From Oculina patagonica (Eukaryota): 64,000 bases of DNA. The stretch covers positions 46,438,001 through 46,502,000 of the forward strand of contig NC_135761.1 of the NCBI RefSeq assembly GCF_052425735.1. Reading direction: 5' to 3'. Both the position numbers and the translations under genes were made by a program. The notes beneath the pieces are model-generated. The model did no database searches. It was not told the origin of the DNA and worked only from the letters and a program-made list of their open reading frames with translations. This document shows, piece after piece, positions 13,299 to 24,579 of the stretch (positions within the stretch are counted from its first letter, which is position 1; each line of letters starts with the position of its first letter).

Positions 13299-13343
13299 AC
13301 CGCGCTGATGAGTTCCAATAAGAACGAAACAGCTGTCCGCGGT
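13299..13343 (+). ncRNA. Minimal type I hammerhead ribozyme
   Basis: ACCGCG-CTGATGA-GTTC caataa GAAC-GAAAC-AGCT-GTC-CGCGGT: stem I 6 bp, stem II 4 bp, palindromic stem III ACAGCTGT, GUC cleavage triplet. Confidence 0.85.
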
Positions 13344-13651
13344 TGCAATCCTGCTGTATCGGTTCCAGTCGTGGTGTTGTCTCGCAAAGCCTATTTTTCA
13401 CGTAGTATGATCAGCCTTGCTTGCAGTTGTTTGTTATTTCATTTTATTGCTGATCAGATCTCTCAGTAGATCCTACGAATAGCAGCATTATCGTGTGCGG
13501 TCCCTTGCAGTTTTAGTCTTACTTTGTACCTTGTATGTCTGCTGACCTGTCCGCAGCCTCGCGCGTCCACCACGTGATTTCACACGACACGACCACGAAC
13601 TGATTTACTGGACAGTCAGCAGGCTGTAGATGTTTATGAATTAATATTGTA

Positions 13652-16600
13652 ATGAAGTTATCAACTTCACTGTTTATCCGACTACCCCTTTGTTCAAGAA
13701 AATCAAATCCCTGCGCCAAAATCATACAACGTTGGATATCAGACACGAACAGCTCAAGCAGACAGTCCCCAAACATCTCAGTCAGCCCTCGGTCTTCTCT
13801 TATAGACCGCAAGGTGAAGATATGCATATCAGGACTTGAAGCCGGACAACCCATTACTTTACATGCCTCGGTGGTGGGTGATGCGAATGAAATATTTGAA
13901 TCTCACGCACATTATGTTGCTAACAGTGAAGGTTAGTGATTAGTTACATATCAATGAATCATCCGCAACAAACTGGTTAATAGTCACCCCCCTTTCCTGT
14001 ATTTTGTCATATATTTTGCATGCTAGGGCCTCTTTACATGAGAGTCGAGATGAGTTTCGTTCCGGGATGAAAAAAAAATTCATTTTACATGATCTTGTTC
14101 ATCCTGGGATAGTCATCCTGCCCGAGTTGAATTCATCTTGCCCGTGCTTACATAACATTACATTTCATCCCGGGAAGGACTGTTTACATGGGGTTTTTCA
14201 TCACGTTTCATCCCGGGATGACATTTCATCCTGGTGTTTCATCTCGGGATGGAATCGTCCCGGGATGAGTTCATCCCAGGAGGAAATCATGTATCATCAT
14301 GTAAACAGCAACAAGAAAATGACCAGACACCGAGACAAATTCATCCCGTGACGAAAGTCATCCCGGGACGAAAACTCTCATGTAAAGAGGCCCCTAGAAA
14401 CCTGGTTTTTCCAAGCCAGGCACAAACGAATAGCATACTGCCCCCATGGGGGGTACTCAGGATCTCAAATGAGGGAGATGATCACATGAGGGCAAAATTC
14501 AAGACCCAAAAAAATCCCGCGTGCTTTCAACATTACTCAAAAAAGTCCCTAGATCAAAAATTAACCCCTTTAAAATCAACAGCAAAACAAGTTTGTTTGT
14601 ACTTTATTCACAGAACAATGCAGCCAAAGCACTACCACGAATCTTCAGATTGTTTTAAATACCCCAAAACATCCCTACTAAAATCAAAAACCCAAAAAAT
14701 CCCGGAATCAAAAAATTCGAACCCAAAAAAATCCTTCTATCATCTCCGTCACTTAAATTCCCGAGTACCCCCCTGGGATAGTGCCATGTGTGTTAATTTC
14801 CAAAGAATCCGTCATTTCCTTCATTCAATGAATGGTTTTTTGACCACATTGAATCAGCAAAAACATGGCCATTTTGACCCCAGCTGCTCAGTTTGAACTT
14901 AGGAATACTGATTTATGGCCACTATACCTACCAAAATATATTCAAAAATTCATTTTTTTTTTCATTTTTACTCCAAAGGAAAGATTGATAATTCCTGTGA
15001 CACTTCTCACGACGGATCATTCACTGGCTGTGAACAGATGGGATTCCTGTGGAGCATGACGCAAGCGCGAGGCCAGAGACAAGGACTTCGACTTGCAAAG
15101 AAAGATGTCACCAAGCCTTATAACATTGAATTCAATTGCTTTGATGGACATCTGTCGCCAGAGGAGGGGTTTGTGAATATGTTAAAAGAGAACAATTTAC
15201 AGCCCATTGCGAGGTCATCGCTGGAAACGTTTTACATGGCTGACGGAGTGCAGAGAATTCCTGTTAGGGAGGGGAGGGTGCGTGGAACTTTGTTCCTCCC
15301 ACCAGGAAAAGGACCATTTCCAGGTCAGTGATCATTCTGCCTTCAACTTTATATGATGGAGATTATTGATGATATAAGTCCAGATTGTGTTGTTCCAAAA
15401 CATGCAAACCCCTTCCACTGTTTTTTTTGCTTTCAAGAGTCCTAGATCCCTCGGCAAAACACTTGAGGGGACTAGTCCCTGCGACTGTCCTGCGGACAAG
15501 ATCCCTTTGTGTGAACTACCCATTTTTGTCAAAAAATCTTGTCATAGCAACCAAATAATTCAAACCAGTTTAGTGAATTCATGGACTAGTCCCTTGTGTG
15601 CACTGTTTGTGTAGTCTATGTGACCAAAATAAAAATCAACCAAACAAAAAAGCAAAGTGGCTAGTCTCTTCGTGTGTGGTGACCTTCAAACTTTTTAGAA
15701 AAATTTGCTTTTTTAAGAAACCACATCCCACTAAAGACTAAGTCAAGATTAATTCAAAGGGATCAAACTTTGACCAATTGATGATGTTTACGGAATATTG
15801 TTTATTACATCATGATGGATGTCAAAAATAAATGGAACACAAGTTTAAAATCACGGTTCATGACAAATTAATCATTTATTTCTCATTTGTAGCTATTAAA
15901 TGATGAGATTACCAAATCATGATTTCATTATTTCATAATTGTGGGTGGAAAAAAAATAAGGCCATTAATGAATTACAAAAATACCCTCTCCATGGAATAG
16001 CTGCTACATCTAAAAGAAATGAGGCTTATCACGTTCGGAACTTGAAGGTATTTGTTTAAAACCAGGGATCCCTTGAAAGAACCAGGGCTCACACTTTGTA
16101 CTGCCAGCCTAGATATTTATTGTCACCCAGTTGAAATATCTTTGCATTTCAGATGGCGGTGCAACAAACATTAAATTATGTATTAACGATCCTTGTTTGT
16201 CTCCATGTGCTAGGTGTCATTGATCTGTTCGGAACAGCAGGAGGCTTAATTGAGTTCAAAGCTGCTCTCCTTGCATCACATGGATTTGCGGCACTCTCCC
16301 TGGCGTACTTTGCACATGACGACCTTCCTAAGTACCTGCCGTACTGTGAACTGGAGTATTTTGAGGAAGCAGCTGACTGGTTGGTGAAACATCCTGCTGT
16401 TATGTCACGTGGAATTGGTGTTATGGGTGTTTCAAAGGGTGCAGAAATAGCATTGATGATGGCTGCTCACAGAAAGGATGTTGTGAAAGCGATTGTGCCA
16501 ATTTCTGGTTCTTTTGTCATCTCAGTTTCGGCATTCAAGCTCAGAGGACAACTAACAGGTGTTTATTTTGATGCCACCAAAGCTAAAAAGACAGCAGATG

Positions 16601-17001
16601 GGGCATTTGTCTTCCGTGACTGTTTCCCTACACATGAACTTGATAAACTTGACCCTTCTGCTATAATCCCAGTGGAGAAAATTGACTGTCCAACCTTGCT
16701 TGTTTGCGGAGAGGATGATGAAAGTGTTAAAGCTGCTGAAATGGCACAAGAAATTCTTAAGCGCATGAATTCACATGGCAAGGGTGCCTTGTGTTCCGTT
16801 TTAAGTTATTCCGGTGCAGGACATCTAATCGAGCCCCCCTTTGCACCTCACTGTTATGCCTCCTATCACAAAAATTTTAGGACAACTTTTGCTTGGGGAG
16901 GAAATGCAAAAGACCACTCGCTAGCTCAGGAAGATTCATGGCAGAAGATTTTGGAATTCTTTAGTAAAAATATTGGTCAAAGCCACAACAGTCATCTTTA
17001 G
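13652..17001 (+). CDS. Acyl-CoA thioesterase / BAAT family, paralog B (470 aa; presequence-like N-terminus, PTS1 SHL)
   Basis: Exons 13652-13931, 14979-15323, 16214-17001, both introns phase 1 and GT-AG. Catalytic motifs GVSKG, GEDDES, GHLIEPP; ends -SHL. Confidence 0.93.
14026..14393. mobile_element. Harbinger-type MITE in paralog B intron 1
   Basis: TIR GGGCCTCTTTACATGAGAGT with CTA TSD; the paralog C intron (near 24945-24960) shows the empty site CATGCTAGAAACC; internal TCATCCCGGGATGA repeats. Confidence 0.9.
14441..14777. mobile_element. GGGGTACTC...GAGTACCCC family repeat
   Basis: G-rich/C-rich inverted ends; close relative near 29399-29788; related ends near 18952-19210, 22000-22456 and 38624-38958. 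Confidence 0.7.
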
Positions 17002-17790
17002 AATGTCACAGTTATGTAACAAATTATAAAAATATAATGTTGATTTTCTTTTTATGAGAGTGAAAGGCAATTAAATTATTTTCAGTTTGTCAGAGGATTA
17101 TTGTAATTACCGTATTTATTTGAACTCGGTCTCAGGGATAGTCTCTTAGTAGTATCAAGTCAATTTTAATCTCAACTTCAACAATAATCAAAATTACTCT
17201 TGTGCCCTCATTTTAGGGGGGTGGGGTGGGCGCTTATTAACTTTTCATACCTAAAAAATCAGGGGTCTTGCGATTCTGGGTTTTTAGAATTTTGATGATG
17301 TCACGTGAAAACCAAGAATTAAGAAATTTTAAATTATTTGTTAAATGAAATAAAAATTAATAATTGAAAATTGCATAAAGAAGTTTTCACGTGTTTGCTG
17401 TAAAAATATAGAAAAAGATGATTATGGAATTACCATTGAATATAACAGCAAGCCAACATCAAGTTCAGTTATAAAGTTCTCTCAAGAGTTTTTTAAAAAA
17501 AGAGAACATAGAGGAGGGTCCCTTTCTTAAATTTCCGTTGTCATGTGATGAGTTAAAGACTGTACTCTCCTTCCAAGTTTTAAGGTCTAAATTAAAAATA
17601 AAATGTTTAAGGAGATGTACAATATGTAGCCCTGTAGAGCATATCTTTTCATCTCATAAGCTTGAGTGAGTACATTTTTTTACGTATAAGGGAAATAAAA
17701 ATATCAACACTTGAAGCACCCTATTAAGCCACACCTTTGTTTTTGCTTACATACAAGAGTTTCGGTATTATATTTTACTCTGAGCAACTT

Positions 17791-17903
17791 TCATCCTTGG
17801 AGACCCAGGGGCAGTTAGTGGGGCGAAACGAAGGAATAAACCGGGCAAAAATATTATTCCTTCGTTTCACCCCACTAACTGCCCCTGGGTCTCCGAGGAT
17901 GAG
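17791..17903. mobile_element. Small hairpin MITE
   Basis: CATCCTTGGAGACCCAGGGGCAGTTAGTGGGG...CCCCACTAACTGCCCCTGGGTCTCCGAGGATG; GAGCAAC on both flanks. Confidence 0.8.
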
Positions 17904-19748
17904 CAACCTCCAGCAACACAACCTACAGCAATGCAATAAAATTTCGCTTCAACATACAAAAATTTTATTCGACATAGATTTCGCTTGGACATACATCACA
18001 GAGGCTGGCTAGGGTCCTTTAAGAATTGTGAGAGAAGGTACTTAGTGCATGGTGTACTGAATTGCTTCTCTGTGTTCTATGAAACTTATCCATGCTTATA
18101 TAACTCGAAAATGCACTTGTGCATTTTTGTCTGAAAGATGTAGCCAAAAACACATGATTTTCATCCAATCCTTCAAAGTTACTAATCAAAATCAACGACC
18201 AAAGATGATTACCATTTAATTTTGCTTTATAATCATTTTTATATTTCTCATATGCAAAGTATCACCATTACATGACTGATAGTCAAATAGATTGGGGTTT
18301 TATTACAAGTGGCAGATCCAGTGTTTCTCTTAAAGGGGCCCAAGTAATTTATGTTCTTCACTAATTTTGAACACCTTTATACCCAGTGTCACTAAAGCTA
18401 TCTGTTAATATATATTTTTTAATTTTTGGAGATGTTGCAGGTAATAACCCTTAATTAAGGGGCCACCCCTGAGACCAAAGGGAAGTGTAATGCTGGCTGC
18501 AAGGGAATTGATTTCTGTATTTATTTTCATGTAGAGTAAGTGAGAAATGATGGCCCAACAACGCACCTGAAATAAGCCAATGTGTGGAGTAAAACTACAG
18601 TTCGTTGTTCTTGAAGGCTCCTGTCATCATTGCTTAAGCGGTCATCGTCCCTCAGGATTGATTGTAGCAGCATATTGAACAGACCTGGGGCATATTTCTC
18701 TGCAAATTCTCTCATTGCACCTGGATGATACAAGGGTTCCTTTTTTTCCTCACAGTGGCGGTAAAGTGCGATTTGGAAATTTGCCACCAGTTTATCAAAT
18801 GAATTTTCTGTATGGGAGGGTATCGACACATCCGATGTCAAATTGCAATCTTCTAATTTAGAACACTAAATAAGATCCAGACAACAAACACTTACAAATA
18901 CTCCCAATACTATTATAAATCAAACATATACTTGTCGAATGGTTATTTCCCCCCCAGAGGGGGGGGGGGACTCCCATATTAAAGGGACGGGGATGCTCTT
19001 CGGAAATTTTGAAAAGAACCCCTAAAAGAGCGCGTGGGCGTGGCTCAAGCTTCTTATATTTGTATATTTCTTCGTGTGTAACCCTAAACGAGACCATTAT
19101 GGCTAAAAATATTGGCGTTTGGCCTGGAACACCCAAAGCGAGACCAAAAATCCGAAAATTTACTCCCCTAAGCGAGCATCCCTGTGACTTTTAAAAGCGA
19201 GTCCCCCCAGGTTTTTCTGCCTGTTTCAGACATCCCTCTGTGCTCGCCGCTTGCACAGAGGGAGCTGAAATTCAGGCTAGTATTTCCATGGATGTATTAT
19301 ATTTGTCCAAAAAAATTCAACCGATTAGTTACTTATTATTAGTGTCTCCTTGTTTTTTCCAGTATGTTAGTCAAGTATTTTATATATCAATGGCAACTCA
19401 CTTTTGAATACATGTGTTTATCTTGTTGAATGCGTCTGACATTTTCTTCCAAATGGAGCAGTCAATGAGGACGTCGCCTTCTTAATTTACATTGACTGAT
19501 CCGAACTGAGTTCGAATGCAGTTTCAACTCTCAAACCCACGAATTTTTTTGACAGTTTTGCAGAATGACCAACCTGTTAGACAACATAGCAAAATTACGC
19601 TTTAGTGTCCGAAGATATCTCTTGTAAACCTCCTCCGTCTCTTTCTCCTTTGTAAGTGCATCTCGACATTCGAGTAGAGATTCTACCAGAAACAACACCG
19701 GTGATTTTATTACATTGCAGACCTGAAATTGGAAAAAATGATCTCGAC

Positions 19749-21402
19749 GGCGTCACCGGTGGAAAAATCCACACAAGTACTACGAGTAACATACGAGTAA
19801 CACACGGAACACACGGGTACATACGGCTACATACAGGTAACATACGAGTAGCACACGGATACATACTAGTTATGCAACGCTTTCGAGTGGTATACTATGG
19901 AATATCCCACGAGTCACTTGTATTTTCTCGGTATACACACTAACCTGCGATCAGGCGTTCTTTTTTCTTTTTACGAAAGCGAGAGGGAAAAAAGAACGCC
20001 TGATACATTTATTTAACCGGCCGCCAGCCGCCCCCTAATTTAAATAAACTAATGTGTCGTCGAACTGTCAAACCACTCTTTGTAGTTGGCGGCAAATTCG
20101 AGACTCGGATTTCCACAAGGCGTGAAAAACGTCTGGAGAAAAATTGTACATATGTACAGCCTGTATTTAAACTTCGCCGTGTTGAGATAAAAATGCTTTT
20201 AGTAGCAAGGTGAGATGGCGCTTGCGAACATATATTTATTAGTTGTACTGGATGCCGTCCCTTTATTTCAGCTTACACACACAAAAAAAGGAATTCACCG
20301 ACAAGAGCTGTTTTACGGCAGATAGGATCGGTCGCTTTTGTAAACATTCCAACATCTCTGGAATATTGTTTTCGAAAAACAACAAAAACATCTTCACGGA
20401 ACCAAAATTATTACGCATTGTCGCTCACTCTATATGTTCTGCCTTCAGAGAGTTACACTTGAAATCTGTTAGGGCTTCAGCTAATGTAGAAAAGAACTCG
20501 TCCTCGCAGTAAACGTGACTCGTCTTTGCCATTACCAGCTTCTGACCGGAAGTCTCGTTGAAATACGACAACCAATCAGTCCACACCGCTCCATTGAGTA
20601 TTGTTTCTCGACCAATCAGACAAAAAACCAGAATCTGGTTTTTTTACATGACTTTCGACAAGCAAATGTATCATGCCCTCCTTCCCCCGCAGCAGTAGTA
20701 GGGAGGGAGGGTATGATTTCAGGTTATATACACACGAGCCTTTAGGCGAGTGTGTATACCAAGAAAATACAAGTGACAAGTGGAATATTCCATAGTATAC
20801 CACGAGAAAGTGTTGTATAACTATTTTATACCATGCCATAGAAAATACGCTTACTAAATTTCGTCGAGAATACAATCGCAGCGCACGATGGGAAGGTTGG
20901 GTTGAATACCGTCGAATATACAACGGCTTTCCTGTATTCTGATTGGCTGTATTTTCTATGGCATGGTATAAAAACTGGTATGCACCCGTATGTGTCCTTA
21001 TGTTACTCGTATGTTACGGGTAAGATTGTAAAGATGAGCTATTGATCTTATAAAATTTCAAATTTTTGACTTTTTTACCAGTAAATGGTTTGTGTCGTAC
21101 TTTTTCGTTGCGTGACAGTGAAATCCACCAATACGTTTTGTACTTGGGGCTCGTCGCGCAACCTTGTTGAGGAAAAGGGGGTGGGGGAGCATAAAATGAA
21201 ATGAAATAGGAACTGGTATGCACCCTTATGTATCCGTATGTTATTTGTATGTATCCGTATGTTACTCGTATGTATCCGTATGTTACTCGTATGTTACCTG
21301 TATGTACCCGTATGTTCCCGTATGTTCCGTGTGTTACTCGTATGTCACCCGTATGTTACTCGTAGTACTCGTGTGGTGTATTAGTCATGATCCCGGTGAC
21401 GC
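19749..21402. mobile_element. Three-level nested element stack
   Basis: Outer element has GGCGTCACCGG/CCGGTGACGCC ends and GAGTAACATACG repeats. Middle hairpin element spans ~19868-20972. Inner element 19941-20726 (TAACCTG...CAGGTTA) has TATACACAC 9-bp TSD. Confidence 0.75.
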
Positions 21403-21999
21403 CACATTTCAGAATTGGCGCGCTGCAGGTACCCTGCAGGTGAGATAAGTCGCTCCGCGTTCCGCCACGATCCTCCGCCATTTTGTTTTTCATGCCCGCG
21501 CGCGCCCTCCGTTTTCGTATCCATCGGTCTACTGTGAATCAAACGAGCGACTTGGAGCAAGTCTAGGGCTGCAGCTTGACTAGGCTCTTTTCTCGCAGAA
21601 ATTATATTTCCTTCCACGGTCCGCTGTGAAGAGGAAAAATTGAATAATAGAAACGATTTTTAGTCTTGAAAACGACAAGCAAGACGGAAAGAAAAAAAAT
21701 CCTAGATAAACCAAAATCTTTTGAAGCCGCGTACCTTTCTTCCATATTAAAACCTGATCGAAAACCCTCTGCGAAATTGAATTGTCTGCATTCCGTTTAC
21801 ACAAATTGCACCATCTGGTACCTCGTTTGTAGCCCTCTTGATCTCTTCCCACAGCATCGAATACGGTATACAGCCTTTCTGGAATGGCGTACAAATGAAG
21901 CGACTCACTGTGCCCCAAGAAGATGGACACGAACACCTTCTGTCCTCGCGCAAAACCTTGTACTTGTGTCGCTCGCACATGAACAAACCAGAGGAAACT

Positions 22000-22456
22000 C
22001 CCGGGGGGGGGGGGGTACTCCCATATGTGGCCTATATAGGTATGTGCCGCCCGATAGGGTATGGTTTTTGAGATTCTCAGTCCTTAAATAGGGTATCATT
22101 TTTGCTCCTTTTGGCAATGTGTTCCCGGTGTGATCCTTAGATAGGGTACCTAAATTCTATTAGCTAAAATAAACGCCCAGCTTAACGAAAAAAAAGGTAT
22201 CTTAAAACTGAATTTTCTGTTCAGGTATTAGTAAAGCGATTTTATAAAGAGTTGTGTCTTGCCGTGCGCGGTTAGCCGTTATTTGGGTCGTCACGGAAGG
22301 CTTCTCCTCCCCCTTGAATAGGGTGTCATTTTTCGGCTTTGGGCCTTAAAAAGGGTATCAATTTTCGCTTTCTTTATCCTTAAATAGGGTCAGGGTTTAA
22401 GAACCTTGGCGGCACACCCCTATCCGAAATTTATGCGAGTACCCCCCCCCCCCCGG
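22000..22456. mobile_element. MITE with 9-bp TSD
   Basis: CCCGGGGG..GTACTCCCAT / ATGCGAGTACCCC..CCGG ends; GAGGAAACT duplicated. Confidence 0.85.
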
Positions 22457-22801
22457 GAGGAAACTCTCCCGGCCCTCGATAATGTTTTACCAACCGGCTT
22501 CAATTTTCCACCACACTCACCGTCTCCTTCTTAACAACACGTCTTACCATCACGATGCGCACAAACCAACACAGTGACAACAAACAAATAGCAAAGCCAT
22601 ACTTCGACTGCGAAACACCTGGACGCCATTTGCAGAAACAAACACAAAATAACAACGAACTGTTTTCAAACTAAAAAAAAGCACTCGGTGAAACCACAGT
22701 TCAAGCTGGGACAACTTTTGGTGAACAGTTACAGGCTGTTTAACAGATACTGGACGTATAAACCTTAACTTTTCAGGGACGGCGTTAACTTTCGCGTTTA
22801 A

Positions 22802-24266
22802 GGGCCCATTACAGTATTTTTTGGGGCCGTTGCTAGGGGAAATTCAATTGGCTCTAACTTGATATATCTTTGATTTTATTTAACCAAATTTAGACAGTAG
22901 TTTTAAAGTGCGAGTGCAAGCCAGTTGATGACGTCATCGGGGCACGTCTAATGTCACGTGACCCAGAACAAAAAACTGAGTTTTTCGCAAGAAACTTACG
23001 GTTTTATTCATAGTTTGTAGTATTATTTCAATCCGTACGTTGATCTTAAAAAATGCAAGCATGCGTTTTTTGTAAGCACAAAAGCTTGAAAAATAAGGAC
23101 GGAAAATGTGTTCTGTTGACCACCTTTTTGAACACAACTTTTACGTTGTTTTGATTTTCCGAAAACGCATGCTTACGTTTCAAGAAAATTGTATTTTCTT
23201 TCGATTTACTGCAAAAAACAGAAGGTACGCTTTTTTCGTTCCGAGAAAAGCACGCATTTTCGTCCGTACCGGAAGTAAAATTTTACGGTGACTGATTGGT
23301 TGAAATCATCGTAATTGACGTTGCCGCACTAAGTTGGCTTTCCCCACGCTCACGTACGCTTCAAAAACTATAATTTTTTCGACACGGCAAACTTTACTAC
23401 TTGTTTGTATTCGTAAAGCTTTAACGACGTTTATTGTCGCTCAACTAACATGTACAGGCAATGACAAATGTAAACAGAGTTGGTCGTAAGTATTAAAAAG
23501 AGTTTAGTGTGAGTTTCTTTATTTTCGGTTCGTAATTTGCGAATTAGCGTAAACGGCGTTTATTAAGCTTATATTTATGTTATGCTTTGAGCAAGAAGGC
23601 TACAATTCGTAGTTTGGTTGAATAAATAGTTAACGTTTGTGAGCTGAAATGTTTTTATACTCTTTAATACAGGTGTTTTATATAGTTAAGTTTTCGCAGT
23701 TTTGTACCTTTGTGAATTTGTCATGTGGTAGGACTGCTGTACTAATCATTTTAGCAAGCAGATAAATCGAGTTCATTCCTAAATATTTATTCGGTATTGT
23801 AAAAATTACCTTATCTTCGTTTCGCGGACGAAATGAATCGCTGTTTTTTTCTATGAGCCTGGTTTAGTTCAAGTGACAATGCTTTAATTTTTGCCCGTGG
23901 CTTTCACAGATTTCTTTAGTGAGCTGAATGGTAAACCGATGAAAACACGGTACATGTAGCGCCGCACATTCGCATGTTTTCTAATGCATCGGCACTGCTG
24001 TTAAAAATATTTCGGCGGTTTCGGATACTTGCTTCGGGCTTCGTATATGTTTTGCAATCATTTAGTACGAAAAACGTTTCTTTATTTCCATTTACCCAGT
24101 TTGCTTTTACTGCAGAACAAATTTCCGTGATAGGAATATGATTCAGAATCAACCGAAAGGGAACTAAACTCGCGTAAAATTTAGCCGCTAATGCGAGAAA
24201 ACCGGAAATAAAATTGCACTTGCGTGGCAACCGCGTAGCTTGGCAACGAGATACTGTAATGGGCCC
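22802..24266. mobile_element. TTAA-flanked non-autonomous DNA transposon (Kolobok-like, ~1.5 kb)
   Basis: TTAA|GGGCCCATTACAGTAT ... ATACTGTAATGGGCCC|TTAA; RR...YY termini; no transposase ORF. Confidence 0.75.
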
Positions 24267-24397
24267 TTAAAGTGAAATTTTTTCCTGTTTTCAGACATTT
24301 CTTTGTAATTTTTTTCAAATTTCCGGGCAATTTCGCGGCAGCGACTGCGCACGCGCGCCACGTTTGACCGCTGTGTGTTTTGTTTCACCACGATGCA

Positions 24398-24493
24398 CAT
24401 TCTCGTCCCCAGAGGCCGCGATCCTTCTGGTCAGCACCCGGGATCGAGACCGGGTGCTGACCAGAATGATCGCGGCCTCTGGGGACGAGAATG
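24398..24493. mobile_element. Near-perfect hairpin MITE just upstream of the paralog C start
   Basis: CATTCTCGTCCCCAGAGGCCGCGATC...GATCGCGGCCTCTGGGGACGAGAATG; CACGATGC(A/T) TSD. Confidence 0.85.
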
Positions 24494-24579
24494 CACGATG
24501 CTCCGATCGCTCCGATGCACTGATTTACTGGACAGTCAGTGGGCTGCAGAAGTTTATAAATTAATATTGTAATGAAGGA

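Larger units (their letters stand above)
12674..13427. mobile_element. Foldback element carrying a hammerhead ribozyme (Penelope/retrozyme-like, non-autonomous)
   Basis: Left arm 12674-12894 is nearly the reverse complement of 12988-13324 once two insertions are removed; the right arm continues into a complete hammerhead core and a tail. Confidence 0.75.
18567..22630 (-). pseudogene. Decayed multi-exon gene of unknown family, probably transposon-borne, disrupted by nested MITEs
   Basis: Protein-like pieces: DGECGGKLKPVGKTLSRAGRVSSGLFMCERHKYKVLREDRRCSCPSSW (joined across the 22000-22456 insertion), then frameshifted GHSESLHLYAIPERLY...RWCNLCKRN, and 18841-18567 ...PGAMREFAEKYAPGLFNMLLQSIL...EQRTVVLLHTLAYFR ending at a GT donor. 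Stops and frameshifts lie between the pieces. Confidence 0.5.

Noticed and set aside
14004-14896. 115-aa and 220-aa ORFs in paralog B intron 1
   Set aside because: They run through two unrelated MITEs that are absent from the paralog C intron; chance open frames.
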